This document shows positions 42,090-53,642 of a stretch of 64,000 nt of DNA, piece after piece. The DNA lies in NCBI RefSeq assembly GCF_000328665.1, contig NC_019977.1, positions 744,001 through 808,000 of the forward strand, in the 5' to 3' direction. The notes under the pieces were generated by a model. That model saw only the letters and a program-made list of their open reading frames with translations, did not search any database and had not been told where the DNA came from. Origin of the DNA: Methanomethylovorans hollandica DSM 15978. Its GTDB lineage: Archaea > Halobacteriota > Methanosarcinia > Methanosarcinales > Methanosarcinaceae. The translations under genes were made by a program, and so were the position numbers. Numbering within the stretch: position 1 is the stretch's first letter; each line of letters opens with the position of its first letter.

Positions 42090-43481
42090 ATGACAGTAAA
42101 AAGATACACTGAAATGGCATACAGCAAGGCCGATGACATGCTCTTCGGTAACGCAAAGCACCCTGTAAAGGCAAAGTTAGGTTTGGAAGTCGGCGCCGGT
42201 TATGTTACAGCCGAGGTTAACTATGCACCAAGGCCAGAGGCCGGACAGAGCAAAGAGAAACTGGTTTCTGAATACCGCAGACTTACCACTGACATAATGG
42301 CCAGGGCTGTACAGATTGGTTTCCCATCTATCTCACTTGAGACAGAACACGTGCAGCAGATGACTAACAACCCCTCATGGGGAGGCGAAATTGCTCACGT
42401 CCAGAAGACCATTCTCGAAGAATATTATGAAGAGTATGGCATAAAGTGCGGTCTCAGGCACACCCCCGGTGACATCCGTGAAGAGCGTGACTACCTTGCA
42501 CTGATTGGTCCAAAGTATGACTTACTTATGGAATCCTTCGAAGCAGTTGCAGAAGGCGGAGCAGACTTCCTGTCCATTGAGACAATGGGTGGAAAAGAAG
42601 TTCTCGACTATGCGATCCTGAGAAACGATGTACCAGGCCTGATCTACTCTATCGGATGTCTTGGATCCCTCGACATGACCATGATCTGGCAGGACATTGC
42701 CAAGATCGCCCAGAAGAAGGGTGTAATCCCTGCTGGTGACACGGACTGTTCACAGGCAAACACTGCAATGTTCATTGCAGGCGGACTGCTTGACAAGAAC
42801 CTTGCTCACACTCTGGCAATCATTGCAAGGACAATCTCTGCATCAAGGACACTCTGTGGATATGAAGCAGGGGCAAAGGGCCCAGGTAAGGACTGTGGAT
42901 ATGAGAACACTATTGTAAAGTCCATAGCTGGTGTACCAATAGCTCAGGAAGGAAAGTCAGCAACATGTGCACACGCTGATGTCATGGGTAACCTGACAAT
43001 GCAGTGCTGTGACTTCTGGTCCAACGAGTCTGTTGAATACCACGGTGAGTTCGGTGGTACCTCAGTCCAGTGCTGGGCACAGACCCTGAGCATGGATGCA
43101 GCCCTCATGAACGTTGCACTCAACACCGGAAACGGCAAGATGCTCCGTGACATGATGTGTCTGTCCGACAAGTACAGAGATCCACAGGGATACGTTCTCG
43201 CATACGACAACGCATGGAAGGTTGGTGACGCAATTGCCAAGAACGGTAACGATCTGTACCTCCGTGCAAAGGCCGCTGCAGTTGAGACCGTGAAGATCCT
43301 GAATGCCTCAAAGGCCGAGGGTAAGCTCCAGATGTCCCGCTTCGAGACAAATGCACTTGCAGACGCAGAGAAGGCAATCAATGCACTCACTGACGAGTCC
43401 GACAAGTTCATGAGCGACATGCTCGCCCTGTACAAGTCTGAAGTAAAAGTATTCAAACCAGAAGAGAACTACAAGTTCTAA
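42090..43481 (+). CDS. mtaB: Methanol:corrinoid methyltransferase
   Basis: EVNYAPR, GDTDCSQAN, GPGKDCGYE and WSNESVE motifs. Confidence 0.96.
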   Translation: MTVKRYTEMAYSKADDMLFGNAKHPVKAKLGLEVGAGYVTAEVNYAPRPEAGQSKEKLVSEYRRLTTDIMARAVQIGFPSISLETEHVQQMTNNPSWGGEIAHVQKTILEEYYEEYGIKCGLRHTPGDIREERDYLALIGPKYDLLMESFEAVAEGGADFLSIETMGGKEVLDYAILRNDVPGLIYSIGCLGSLDMTMIWQDIAKIAQKKGVIPAGDTDCSQANTAMFIAGGLLDKNLAHTLAIIARTISASRTLCGYEAGAKGPGKDCGYENTIVKSIAGVPIAQEGKSATCAHADVMGNLTMQCCDFWSNESVEYHGEFGGTSVQCWAQTLSMDAALMNVALNTGNGKMLRDMMCLSDKYRDPQGYVLAYDNAWKVGDAIAKNGNDLYLRAKAAAVETVKILNASKAEGKLQMSRFETNALADAEKAINALTDESDKFMSDMLALYKSEVKVFKPEENYKF

Positions 43482-43705
43482 ACTTGAGTTCCTTTCTTTT
43501 TTTCTTTTTTGTCTATAGCAATTATCCTATAGCTTATGTTTTAAAGATATAATTCATAGATTCTAAAAAGTTTTATAAAAATCACTTGTCATCAATATTC
43601 TTATAAGAAGCACTTATCAGGCCAGCCGCAGGACCTGAAATGATAAACTCTATTGAAAGAGAAGAATATTTAAAATCGCATGGGATTTATTCAAAGAATA
43701 TATCT

Positions 43706-43741
43706 AAAAAAAGAAAAGGTATGTGGCCACAGTGGCCACAT
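43706..43741 (-). terminator. mtaA terminator
   Basis: Palindrome ATGTGGCCAC-A-GTGGCCACAT (43721-43741) followed by a T-rich tract on the minus strand. Confidence 0.6.
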
Positions 43742-43754
43742 TGATAAAAATAGT

Positions 43755-44774
43755 TTACTTGTAGTATTCGTTCCTTGCTTCGACCATTGCCTTAAGGTTG
43801 GCAACAGGTGTGTCCGGCGCGATACCGCAGCCTGGTGCAAGTACATCTACTCCTGCCTTAAGAGCATCTGTGGCTGCTTCCTTCACCTTATCAGGTGTTG
43901 CTCCAAGCAGAATGAAGGGGCTTGACACATTTCCACAAATGGCTACTTTGCCAGCAACCTTTGCCTTTGCGCCTGCCATGTCCTTTACCTTCTCTTCGAT
44001 ACTAATGGCCACGAAGCCACAGTCTGCCATTGCGGGGATAATTGGAGTTACATCACCGCAGATGTGGAGGATCATTGGAACCTTTACAGCTGCTGCGAAC
44101 TTTTGGAGCCTTGGCTTAAGATCTGCTTCAAAGGCAGCTGGTGGCATGAGGTCAGGAGAAGCTACTGGGTCTGGTACACTGATAGCATCTGCACCAGCAT
44201 CTGCCAGAGCATTTGCGTATGCAATGCATGCTTCAGTTGCGAAGTCGAGTATAGCATTGTATGAAGCTTTGTCCTTTAGGGACCATTTCATGAACCTCTT
44301 AACACCGCAGAGGTCTGATGCAAGGGTGATAGGTCCTTCCATACCTGCTATTACAGGGACCTTTCCGTCTGTTTTCTCCTTAAGTATCTTCATTGCTTCC
44401 AGCACAGCAGGGATCCTGCCCTGTTCAAGGAGATTCTCAGGCATCTTCAGGTTTTCAACACTGTCAGGGTATGGGTGTGCTGTAACAGATGGCTGTCTGT
44501 TCTTTGTACCCATGTTGACCTCACAGCCCATTGCCTGAGCAAGAACTGTAAGACAGTATGGTGCCCTTACGCCCTCAAGGCCACATTCCTCGTATGAGGC
44601 GTATGCGAGTGCTGCCATAAGCTTTGCGTCGCTGTGTGCCTCTGGCCATGCAGCTCCTGTTTTGTCCATGAGCTCGACAATAGCGGTCTGTGTAACTGAC
44701 AGAACTGGAACTTTGTCGACTTCCTCACATTTCAATGCTTTTAAAAACCTTTCCTTCATGTTTAAGTCGCTCAT
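43755..44774 (-). CDS. mtaA: Methylcobamide:coenzyme M methyltransferase
   Basis: VDKVPVLSVTQT, LHICG and APGCG motifs; convergent with mtaCB. Confidence 0.92.
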   Translation of the reverse strand: MSDLNMKERFLKALKCEEVDKVPVLSVTQTAIVELMDKTGAAWPEAHSDAKLMAALAYASYEECGLEGVRAPYCLTVLAQAMGCEVNMGTKNRQPSVTAHPYPDSVENLKMPENLLEQGRIPAVLEAMKILKEKTDGKVPVIAGMEGPITLASDLCGVKRFMKWSLKDKASYNAILDFATEACIAYANALADAGADAISVPDPVASPDLMPPAAFEADLKPRLQKFAAAVKVPMILHICGDVTPIIPAMADCGFVAISIEEKVKDMAGAKAKVAGKVAICGNVSSPFILLGATPDKVKEAATDALKAGVDVLAPGCGIAPDTPVANLKAMVEARNEYYK

Positions 44775-44949
44775 AATTAATCCTTCTCTCCAATTAAAGA
44801 GTTAGTCACCTGAATTTGCAATACATCGAATATAAAACTATTGGGAATAGCGCTTTATACTAGGTTAAATACATTTCTGTTCAAAATTACATACTATGTT
44901 TGTAAAACCCGTTTTCTTTCCATGTGATAAGAGCATTTAAATACAATTC

Positions 44950-47781
44950 TCAATCCCAGAATTTCTTAGTTTTGGCATAGTTGCGCTCCGCTCCCATAAT
45001 ATCTCTATAGAAGTCTTCTTCATCAGGCCTGTTTTTCTGTATGATACGGGAAGCTATTTCAGGACCCACACCTCTGGAAGCAAGTGCAATAACAGCTTTT
45101 TTTCCATGTGACCTTACAAAATTAGCATTCCTATATACTCTTTTTATACGTTTTATTTCTTCATCGGAAGCAGATCCACCATGTTTCTTTACAAGTTTGA
45201 TCTCTTCATCTTCCCATGGCTTGAGGGCAGCCACCATTTTTGATCCGCATACAGGGCATATGATATCATCCGGTACATTCATCACTTTTCGGTGAGATAC
45301 CCATTTTTTACAGTGTATGCAGAATAATATTATGCTGTCTTGCATAATACGTTCCTTGAGGGCAAGAACTATCGATCTGTCTGCTTTTTCCGGAGCTACC
45401 AGATCACGTTTCATCGAGAATCCTGATGAACCGATGGGTGTTGAGACACTGATCACGATTTTGATCTCACCTGAAGATATCTGTGATAAAACCCCGCGGG
45501 CAGAATCCACATCCAGCATATCATGCAGGATCTCCCGGACCACCTCGTCATACATAGAAGTACCTTTGTATATCTCTAAAAGTTTTTTCATGCTGATCCT
45601 GTCATAATCCAGATCTTTGCTAAGCGCTCCGAACTTCCTTGCAACATGCACCATTTTCCACTTCATAAGAGACGTGTTCTTGAGGGTCATCTCTATGATT
45701 GGTTCAATGTGGTCAGGCCCAACATCAAGCAACATTGACCTGATGTCATCAGGTTTCAGCCTCCGTGGTCCTTGGAGTCGTATACGGTAGGGGTCCACTT
45801 CCTGTGCCACACTGCTTCCAAAACGTGCTGCAAGCAATGCCGTCAGTACTTTGGCTAAAGTTTCATTGGTGTTATGCCCAAAGCAAGCATTAATGATCAC
45901 CGCATCATCATCGCTTTCAATAACCAATGTTTTATCATCCGGCACTTTAAGCCCGACAGCCACATGTTCAGCCACAAGCGAGATCAACTCTGAAGCACCT
46001 GCCATGTCAACGTGGTACTTGCGCATAATATCTTCTGCTATTTTTTCTGGTTGCATGTCCTGAATAAGTGAATCCCGGATGAAAGCCCGCAGCTTTCCAA
46101 CTGCCTGAGCTACATCAAAAGGCACAGGTATTTCCTCACCCACCCAGCTGGGTATCTCACCCTTGGCTTTGACAGGTTCTACTTTTATCCTGTTCTTTTC
46201 ATTGTCTATATCAACTACTTTCCACATGTCACCCTTGGTGATGAACACAGCACCAGGAGTCGCGGAAGTAATAACAAAAGCTTCGTCCAGCATTCCTACC
46301 GGCCTGCCGGAAACCATATCTAATACCTCGTATTTTCTCTCATCGGGTATCATGGAGAGATTCTCATAATAATACTGCCAGCTCTTGCGCCGCCTTCCCA
46401 GTATGCTTGATCCTTCTTCCCTCCACACCAGCCTGTATTCTGTTACCTGTTCCACAACCCTTTCCAGTTCCTGCAGGGTCAGATCACGGAAAGGATATGC
46501 TCTTTTGAAGATCGAATGCAGGCGTGAAATATCAAGTTCTCCGAAATCAAGTACCATCCCGGATATCTGGTTGGCCAGCACATCCAGAGCCCCGGTCTGT
46601 ACTGATATCTTTTCAGCCTTTCCTTCAAAAGCGTACATTACGATCATCATGCTTTCCGCAACATCATCCTGTCCAACTGCAAGAATAGTTCCTCTGGAGA
46701 TCTCATGTATCCTGTGACCTGCACGTCCTACCCTTTGTAAAAGCCGGGAAACCTGTCTTGGAGATCCATACTGCACAACATGGTCCACCTTGCCGATATC
46801 AATTCCAAGTTCCATGGAAGATGTACATATAAGGCCTTTTATATCTCCTGCTTTGAAGGATTCCTCAGCTTCGATACGCGCTTCCACAGACAGGGATCCA
46901 TGATGCACTCCTATGGACTCGCCCATTATCCTGAAACCCGATGCCAAAGCTTCCGCACTTTGTCTCGTATTGACGAAAATAAGAGTTGACTCGTGCTTTT
47001 GTACTATATCACGGATACATCTCAGATGTGCAGCAAACTCAATATCACATCCGACCATCTGAGAGATCTTCATGTCCTCCGCTGCTATCTGCGGACGTAC
47101 CACATTGAATTCCAGGAGTTTGGACATGATGACCTGTAAGACCACTACATTTCTCTTTGATCCTGCAAGGAACCGTGCAACTTCTTCGGGATTACCTACA
47201 GTTGCGGAAAGCCCCACTCTCTGGAACTCACCTGCGAACTCCACCAGTCTTTCAAGACCTATAGCAAGCTGTGCTCCTCTTTTTGAAGCTGCCAGCTCAT
47301 GGATCTCGTCCACAACTACATGTTTCACATATCCCAGACTTTCCCGCAGCAGCCTGCCTGTGAACATTGCCTGTAAGGTTTCAGGCGTCGTGATCAAAAA
47401 ATCCGGTGGTCTGCGCGACTGTTTTTGCCGTTCGTTACGTGGGGTATCCCCGTGGCGGACCTGCACATCGATACCCAACTCCCTGCCCCACCATTGTATG
47501 CGTGAGAGCATGTCCCTGTTCAATGCCCTCAGGGGTGTAATGTACAGAGCAGATATGCCCTTTCTTTCTTCAAGGGATCTTGCGAGGATGCTATTAAAGA
47601 TCGGCAGTACTGCAGATTCTGTTTTTCCTGAACCTGTGGGAGCTATTAGAAAAGTGTGTTCTCCTTTTAGTATATGGGGGAAGGCTTTTTCCTGGGGTTC
47701 CGTAGGTGCCTTAAATCCAAGTTCCATCAAAGTCTCCTGAATTTTAGGATCAAAATCATCGAACATATTCCCAAAGCTCAT
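44950..47781 (-). CDS. Lhr-like SF2 helicase
   Basis: [21 protein letters not shown] and QRVGRAGH motifs; C-terminal CxxC...CPVC. Confidence 0.92.
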   Translation of the reverse strand: MSFGNMFDDFDPKIQETLMELGFKAPTEPQEKAFPHILKGEHTFLIAPTGSGKTESAVLPIFNSILARSLEERKGISALYITPLRALNRDMLSRIQWWGRELGIDVQVRHGDTPRNERQKQSRRPPDFLITTPETLQAMFTGRLLRESLGYVKHVVVDEIHELAASKRGAQLAIGLERLVEFAGEFQRVGLSATVGNPEEVARFLAGSKRNVVVLQVIMSKLLEFNVVRPQIAAEDMKISQMVGCDIEFAAHLRCIRDIVQKHESTLIFVNTRQSAEALASGFRIMGESIGVHHGSLSVEARIEAEESFKAGDIKGLICTSSMELGIDIGKVDHVVQYGSPRQVSRLLQRVGRAGHRIHEISRGTILAVGQDDVAESMMIVMYAFEGKAEKISVQTGALDVLANQISGMVLDFGELDISRLHSIFKRAYPFRDLTLQELERVVEQVTEYRLVWREEGSSILGRRRKSWQYYYENLSMIPDERKYEVLDMVSGRPVGMLDEAFVITSATPGAVFITKGDMWKVVDIDNEKNRIKVEPVKAKGEIPSWVGEEIPVPFDVAQAVGKLRAFIRDSLIQDMQPEKIAEDIMRKYHVDMAGASELISLVAEHVAVGLKVPDDKTLVIESDDDAVIINACFGHNTNETLAKVLTALLAARFGSSVAQEVDPYRIRLQGPRRLKPDDIRSMLLDVGPDHIEPIIEMTLKNTSLMKWKMVHVARKFGALSKDLDYDRISMKKLLEIYKGTSMYDEVVREILHDMLDVDSARGVLSQISSGEIKIVISVSTPIGSSGFSMKRDLVAPEKADRSIVLALKERIMQDSIILFCIHCKKWVSHRKVMNVPDDIICPVCGSKMVAALKPWEDEEIKLVKKHGGSASDEEIKRIKRVYRNANFVRSHGKKAVIALASRGVGPEIASRIIQKNRPDEEDFYRDIMGAERNYAKTKKFWD

Positions 47782-48611
47782 CTGCGTCCCTTTTCCTTTC
47801 TTTTACGTTCTTTTTTCGGACCATTCAATTTGCGCACATGTTTCAAAAGCCCAAGCTTTGTGCCATCCAGCAGGTATATTTCTGCATTATCCAGTTCCAC
47901 TCCCCCGGATGAAAAAATCGGACCTAACAGGTCATCTTCCAGTGACTCGTTGAATGCAACGCCTCCGCACAGCTCGTTGAAAGATGGTACAATGAATACT
48001 CTCGGATCTTTCCATCCCTCACTCAGGTCCATGCTACTGTAATGTGCCTGTAATGCCTCTTTTTTCAGCCGGGTGCGCACCCAGGCAGGCTCCACTACCG
48101 CATGACCTAGGGGGTCTGTGAAACGGATCGTAGGATGGTTGTGGGCTGTAATGATATATTCAGCTTCAAGCAGTTCGGGAGCTGGCCAGGTATGACCGTG
48201 GAAGTAGCCCACACCGTCTATAACAGCACCTCTGGAAGAATGCAACTGCACATCCTTTCCTTCAGGGAGGAGGAACTCTATGCCTGCATCATGATTACCA
48301 GGAAGGATATCCACATGCGTGTGTTCTGCCAGGGTGCTCAGGAAATAGGGTAGTTCATCTCTTTCCTGCCAGGAGATCTGAGGCACATTGTGTTTGACGT
48401 CTCCAAGCAGTATTATCCTGTCAGGATCTACAGATCCTATATACCCCAGAATGCGGTCAAGTCCTTTTTGCATACGGCTGGGTATGGAAAAACCGCTGGC
48501 ATACAGGTCCCATTCTATTCCCAGGTGTATATCGGCTATCACCAGCGAGCTCACTTCATTTTCTACAACGAGTGTAGGTTCATTGAATATGGGTTTGATA
48601 TCTATTGTCAT
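47778..48611 (-). CDS. Calcineurin-like metallophosphoesterase
   Basis: ADIHLG, GD, GNHD, HGH and HNHP motifs; overlaps the helicase start by 4 nt. Confidence 0.9.
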   Translation of the reverse strand: MTIDIKPIFNEPTLVVENEVSSLVIADIHLGIEWDLYASGFSIPSRMQKGLDRILGYIGSVDPDRIILLGDVKHNVPQISWQERDELPYFLSTLAEHTHVDILPGNHDAGIEFLLPEGKDVQLHSSRGAVIDGVGYFHGHTWPAPELLEAEYIITAHNHPTIRFTDPLGHAVVEPAWVRTRLKKEALQAHYSSMDLSEGWKDPRVFIVPSFNELCGGVAFNESLEDDLLGPIFSSGGVELDNAEIYLLDGTKLGLLKHVRKLNGPKKERKRKEKGRR

Positions 48612-48756
48612 TTTTGCGTAAGAGATGTTTTGCTTTGAATATGGCAATAATGCATTTTAAATTGTGCATGTATGAGTAAAATATATGAGTAGAATATATA
48701 TGAAGAAACCTTAAAACACATGAGTGTCGTAAAAGTACAAAAAGAAGGGCTTTTAA

Positions 48757-49707
48757 ATGGATCATCATTCAATAGAAAAAAGTCTTCAGTGTCCTATAAA
48801 CCAGACCAGGGTCACCGCTGGTATGAGTGTGGACGAACTGATGCATGCGCTGGATGGCTGTGCTTTTGGAGCAGGCAGGATAGCTGATGCAGTAAACATC
48901 TATCACGAGATGTTAAGTAACAAGAGCACCAGTTTCTTCGGACTTGCCGGAGCTATGGTGCCAGCCGGCATGAGGGCCATAGTAGCTGATCTAATAAGGG
49001 ATGGCTACATAGATGTACTAGTTACTACAGGGGCAAATATGGTGCATGAAGTGGTGGAATCCATGGGTCTGCACCATTACAAAGGTACCGAGCAAACAGA
49101 TGATCTGGAACTCAAGCATCAGGAGATCAATCGTATCTATGATGTATTCCTGCCCGAGCATCATTTCACGGATTTTGAAGAGAAGATGCAGGCCATATTC
49201 TCTGATATAGGGGACAAGACCATATCCATCAGGGAATTCATGACACATATCGGCAATAACATCGATGATAAGAATTCCATATTACGTACTGCTGCGGACA
49301 TGAACGTGCCTGTGTATTGCCCTGCCATACAGGATTCTATGATAGGGCTGCAAGCCTGGCTGTACAAACAGATGCATACTCTTAATGTAGATGCCTTCGC
49401 TGATATGAGGGAGATGATCGATATCTGCTATGAAGCAAAAAACCCGGGTGCATTGCTGATCGGCGGTGGGGTTCCCAAGAACTACATTTTCCAATCCATG
49501 CTTGTGACCCATCAGGAATTCGAATATGCTATACAGCTCACCATGGACACCCCTCAGACCGGAGGTTTGAGTGGTGCCACACTTGACGAAGCGCGGTCTT
49601 GGGGTAAGTTAAGTGAAAATGCCCGTTCGGTCACGGTCCACTCTGATGCGACTATTACTTTGCCTCTGCTTGTGGCAGCTGTAAGGAGCAGGCTGGCTAA
49701 AGCTTAG
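48757..49707 (+). CDS. Deoxyhypusine synthase
   Basis: VTTGAN, NRIYDV, GGGVPKN and GGLSGA..EARSWGK motifs. Confidence 0.92.
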   Translation: MDHHSIEKSLQCPINQTRVTAGMSVDELMHALDGCAFGAGRIADAVNIYHEMLSNKSTSFFGLAGAMVPAGMRAIVADLIRDGYIDVLVTTGANMVHEVVESMGLHHYKGTEQTDDLELKHQEINRIYDVFLPEHHFTDFEEKMQAIFSDIGDKTISIREFMTHIGNNIDDKNSILRTAADMNVPVYCPAIQDSMIGLQAWLYKQMHTLNVDAFADMREMIDICYEAKNPGALLIGGGVPKNYIFQSMLVTHQEFEYAIQLTMDTPQTGGLSGATLDEARSWGKLSENARSVTVHSDATITLPLLVAAVRSRLAKA

Positions 49708-49730
49708 AGATGACATAGAAAGTGATATAC

Positions 49731-50390
49731 ATGATAAAGGATACACGACTCATACTTGCCCTGGATGTTACGGACAGACATCAGGCACTTAAAATATCTC
49801 AGGATGTAAAAGGCTATGTGGATGCTATCAAGATAGGCTATCCTCTTGTCCTGGCAACGGGCAAAGACATCATAGGTGAAATTGCAGAAATGGTGCCCGT
49901 GATAGCAGATTTCAAAGTGGCCGACATACCTAATACCGATCGTCTGATCTGTGAGCAGGTGTTTAGTGCAGGGGCAAATGCATTGATTGTGCATGGTTTC
50001 ACTGGCTCTGACAGCCTTAAGACGTGTGTGGAAGTTGCTGAAGTGCATGGAGCCGATATATATGTCGTTACTGAGATGAGCCATCCCGGAGCCCTTGATT
50101 TTATGCAAAAGGTCGCAGAGGATATGGCGCAGCTGGCATCAAATGCAAAGGTCGCAGGAGTTGTTGCACCTGCTACACGTCCGGAACGTGTGCAGAAGAT
50201 CCGCAGTATTATCGGAAATGATATAGCCATCATATCTCCGGGTGTGGGTGTCCAGGGTGGCAGCGCTGCCGATGCCATCAAAGCCGGAGCTGACTGGGTA
50301 ATTGTCGGCAGGAGCATCTATCTGGCCGATGACCCAAAAAAAGCAGCTATGGAGATAGCAAAAGAGATCAAGGATGCAATCGATCAATAA
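49731..50390 (+). CDS. pyrF: Orotidine-5'-phosphate decarboxylase
   Basis: [22 protein letters not shown] and VGRSI motifs. Confidence 0.96.
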   Translation: MIKDTRLILALDVTDRHQALKISQDVKGYVDAIKIGYPLVLATGKDIIGEIAEMVPVIADFKVADIPNTDRLICEQVFSAGANALIVHGFTGSDSLKTCVEVAEVHGADIYVVTEMSHPGALDFMQKVAEDMAQLASNAKVAGVVAPATRPERVQKIRSIIGNDIAIISPGVGVQGGSAADAIKAGADWVIVGRSIYLADDPKKAAMEIAKEIKDAIDQ

Positions 50391-50394
50391 TAAT

Positions 50395-50455
50395 GTGTGC
50401 CTGTGATGAGCTTGTTTTCTGAACAGTGATGAACCCTATGAGTCCTGAGGCACAC
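50395..50455 (+). ncRNA. Box C/D methylation guide sRNA (sR-tMet-like)
   Basis: Terminal stem GTGTGCC/GGCACAC; C box GTGATGA 50403-50409; D' CTGA 50419-50422; C' GTGATGA 50426-50432; D CTGA 50445-50448; then a T8 tract. The D guide ACCCTATGAGTC is complementary to GACUCAUAGGGU. Confidence 0.92.
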
Positions 50456-50467
50456 TTTTTTTAGTGA

Positions 50468-51361
50468 TCATACAAAAGTCTGTTTGTGTTTATTGTACAA
50501 CATGTGAATGATACCATCTGCCAGTCCCATTTGCGGCACGAACATTTCAGTAGTGTCACTCCATTTCATCACTGACAGGTATATTTTTGCTGCGTGGACT
50601 ATTACATCTGCCCTGTCAGGCCGTATTCTCAGTTCTGATATGCGCTGTTCAATTGTGAAAGAATAAATAAATTTATATAATTTTTTTAGGTTGTTGTATT
50701 CAATTGGTTTACCATCTTTATTTTTGGACATATTGAATAGAAAATTTATGTTACCGCCACTTCCTATTGTGGATATTGGATGATAGCGGGAAGAAATATG
50801 TTTCACCCACAGCTTCATATCTTCCCAATCTCTCCTGGTAACCAATCCTTCTTGTATGCGTATGCTGCCAATGTCAAAAGACCGGCATTCCATTATCCTG
50901 TGTTCATTAAAAACTATTATTTCGGTGCTGCCACCGCCAACATCCACATACATGTGGCATGCATTGTTGTTGTCATCAGCCAGCCTTTCGACATGGTTAT
51001 AGTAAATGATCTCTGCTTCCCTTTTTCCACTGATGATGGAAAGCTCGATCCCGCTTCTTTTGCGGATAAGTTCAACTATCTCTCTGCTGTTGCTGGATTC
51101 CCGCATAGCTGATGTGGCACATGCCATATAATCTGTAGGTTCGAAAGCATCCATCAAATGCCTGAAGCCCGTCATTGTCTTGATAAGTTGCTGGGCTTTT
51201 TCTTCTGATATCCTTTTGTGAGGGAACGCATCTTCTCCCAGGCGGATAGGCATTCTTAAAAGAGCAACTTTTTCATACACAGGCTGCACACTCTCTTCTT
51301 CTACCCTTGCAAGCAAAAGCCTGACAGCATTTGAACCTACGTCTATGGCAGCAAATTTCAT
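50468..51361 (-). CDS. ppx: Exopolyphosphatase (short Ppx/GppA, ASKHA domains only)
   Basis: AAIDVGSNAVRL, ATSAMRE, DVGGGSTE and GLADG motifs. Confidence 0.92.
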   Translation of the reverse strand: MKFAAIDVGSNAVRLLLARVEEESVQPVYEKVALLRMPIRLGEDAFPHKRISEEKAQQLIKTMTGFRHLMDAFEPTDYMACATSAMRESSNSREIVELIRKRSGIELSIISGKREAEIIYYNHVERLADDNNNACHMYVDVGGGSTEIIVFNEHRIMECRSFDIGSIRIQEGLVTRRDWEDMKLWVKHISSRYHPISTIGSGGNINFLFNMSKNKDGKPIEYNNLKKLYKFIYSFTIEQRISELRIRPDRADVIVHAAKIYLSVMKWSDTTEMFVPQMGLADGIIHMLYNKHKQTFV

Positions 51362-53439
51362 GGTACTTCACCTGTTTTGGAAGCTTTGTCACTGAAGAAT
51401 GTATACAGTTCGTCCTGCGATCTTCTAATACCACTTGAACGTTTCCTTTTCACATACCTGTTATTCTGGTCTTTATCAATGATACGTGCCTTAGTATTAT
51501 CAGCAAATTGGATCTCCATGAACTTTTTAAGTTCTTCCTGTATCGAAGGATCATATATCGGTATCGCGACTTCTACTCGCCTGTCAAGGTTACGCACCAT
51601 CCAGTCTGCAGAGGAAATGAAATATCTCTCATCACCACCATTACAAAAAATAAATACGCGTGAATGCTCCAGATATTTATCTACTATGCTTGTTATCTCT
51701 ATGTTCTCACTGAGTCCTTTGATTCCGGGTATAAGAGAACATATACCCCTTGTTACCATTCTGATCTTGACACCTGCCTGGCTGGCATTGTACAGTTTTT
51801 CTATCATCCTGCGGTCCACAAGATTGTTCATCTTCAGGTAAATATAAGCCTTTTTTCCGGCTCTGGCATTCCTTATTTCATCATTGATCAGCCTGTAGAT
51901 CTTGTTACGCATGTAGTGAGGTGCAACTATGAGGTGGTCATAACTGATATGCTTGTATGTATGCTCAAAGAAATCGAAAATATGTTTTACTTCGCTGGTT
52001 ATGGCAGGATTGGATGTAAGCAATGCATGATCACTATAAACGTGGGCAGTAGACTCGTTAAAATTACCCGTGCCTATACATGCGTATGTCACAGGGATAT
52101 CATTTTCTATCCTTGTGATCTTACAGAGCTTGGCATGTACCTTCAGTCCCGGGACGCCGTCTATAATTGTAGCACCTGCTTCTTCCAGTTTTTGTGTCCA
52201 GAAGATATTTGCCATTTCATCGAAACGCGCCTGCAGCTCGATGACCACTGTTACGGATTTACCGTTCTTCACAGCATTGATGAGGGCGTTCACCACATTT
52301 GAGTTCTTAGCTACTCTATAGAGCGTCATCTTAATGGTGGTGACATTCGGGTCAATGGCCGCTTCTCTTAACAGATCGATCATATGATTGAAAGAATGGT
52401 AGGGGTAACAAAGCATTACATCTTTACTGCGTATTGCTTCCATAATGCTGCGGTTAACTGGAAGATCAGGATGTCTTATAGGCTTATTTTTTTCATATAA
52501 CAGGGAGCTTTCACCTACTTCCGGGAAGTTTATGAAGTCCCGTGCATTGTGGTATCTTCCGCCGGGAACTATATTTTCAAAGTTTTTCATTTTCAGGCCA
52601 TCAAGTATGATGTTCAGCAGGTCTTCCGGCATTTCCCTGTCATATACAAATCTCACAGGTTCTCCTCTTTCTCTTTGCTTGAGACCTTCGGAGATCTTTT
52701 CAAAAAAGCTTTTCATAACATCATCTTCTATATCAAGTTCAGCATCCCTGGTCAGTTTGATGGTGTACGCAGTTATGGAATCATAATCAAATATAGAGAA
52801 AATGTTCGTGAGGCCGAAACGTATGACATCATCCAGCATTATTACATGATTAGTGCCAGAGTCCGATGGTAACGGAAGAAAGCGGGGTAGTACATCTGCA
52901 GGCACTTCTATCAGGGCGTAGTTGAAGTCCTGCGGGTCCCGATATTTATACATTGCGACTGCCAGATATATGGCCTGGTTCTTAAGATAAGGGAATTTTT
53001 TAAGTTCCCGGAACATGATAGGTACAAGCCTGGGACGCACTTTGGAAATGAAGTATTCCCTTACGAACTCCTGCTGCTGCAGAGTAAGTTCAGTTTCATT
53101 TATAATGAATATATTCGCTTTTTGCAGCTCATTCTCTATCTCTGTGAATACCTCATCGAACTTGTCTCTAAGCTGCAATACCCTTTTATGGATCATTTTC
53201 ATTGTTTTTTTTGGTGAATCTCCTATCGTTTCACTGGATTTCACGCCTGCATCTATCATTCTCTGGACAGTCCCCACTCTCACACTGAAGAATTCATCCT
53301 GGTTCGACGAGAAAATACCCAGGAACTTCAGGCGTTCCAGTAATGGTAATGAAGGATCTGCTGCCTCCTGCAATACCCTTTCATTGAAGGAAAGCCAGCT
53401 CATTTCACGGTTAACATATTTTTTTAATTTTTCCACCAT
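51358..53439 (-). CDS. ppk1: Polyphosphate kinase 1
   Basis: NREMSWLSFNERVL, ARFDE, KVHAK, LEHSR and SADWM.RNL motifs. Confidence 0.97.
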   Translation of the reverse strand: MVEKLKKYVNREMSWLSFNERVLQEAADPSLPLLERLKFLGIFSSNQDEFFSVRVGTVQRMIDAGVKSSETIGDSPKKTMKMIHKRVLQLRDKFDEVFTEIENELQKANIFIINETELTLQQQEFVREYFISKVRPRLVPIMFRELKKFPYLKNQAIYLAVAMYKYRDPQDFNYALIEVPADVLPRFLPLPSDSGTNHVIMLDDVIRFGLTNIFSIFDYDSITAYTIKLTRDAELDIEDDVMKSFFEKISEGLKQRERGEPVRFVYDREMPEDLLNIILDGLKMKNFENIVPGGRYHNARDFINFPEVGESSLLYEKNKPIRHPDLPVNRSIMEAIRSKDVMLCYPYHSFNHMIDLLREAAIDPNVTTIKMTLYRVAKNSNVVNALINAVKNGKSVTVVIELQARFDEMANIFWTQKLEEAGATIIDGVPGLKVHAKLCKITRIENDIPVTYACIGTGNFNESTAHVYSDHALLTSNPAITSEVKHIFDFFEHTYKHISYDHLIVAPHYMRNKIYRLINDEIRNARAGKKAYIYLKMNNLVDRRMIEKLYNASQAGVKIRMVTRGICSLIPGIKGLSENIEITSIVDKYLEHSRVFIFCNGGDERYFISSADWMVRNLDRRVEVAIPIYDPSIQEELKKFMEIQFADNTKARIIDKDQNNRYVKRKRSSGIRRSQDELYTFFSDKASKTGEVP

Positions 53440-53642
53440 CTAGATCACAATGTATATTTTAAATTACATTTAAATATTACAGTTATAATATACTCCACCA
53501 CCCGAGCATAATTTCATGGACTGTAATCCTAAAGGATATTCCCACAAAATATTAGTTCCCTTATAATTACATTTTATACTTATTAGCAATAGCTCTACAT
53601 ACATGTATATATTTTCTATATTATTCTGGAATGAATACCGTT

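Noticed and set aside
26560..44774. Pyrrolysine (amber) read-through in methyltransferase genes
   Set aside because: mtaA, mtaB, mtaC and the activase are uninterrupted, and no mtmB, mtbB or mttB gene is present.
44950..48611. Helicase plus phosphoesterase pair as a novel defence system
   Set aside because: Lhr helicase with a metallophosphoesterase is a known pairing, and here it sits among core genes.
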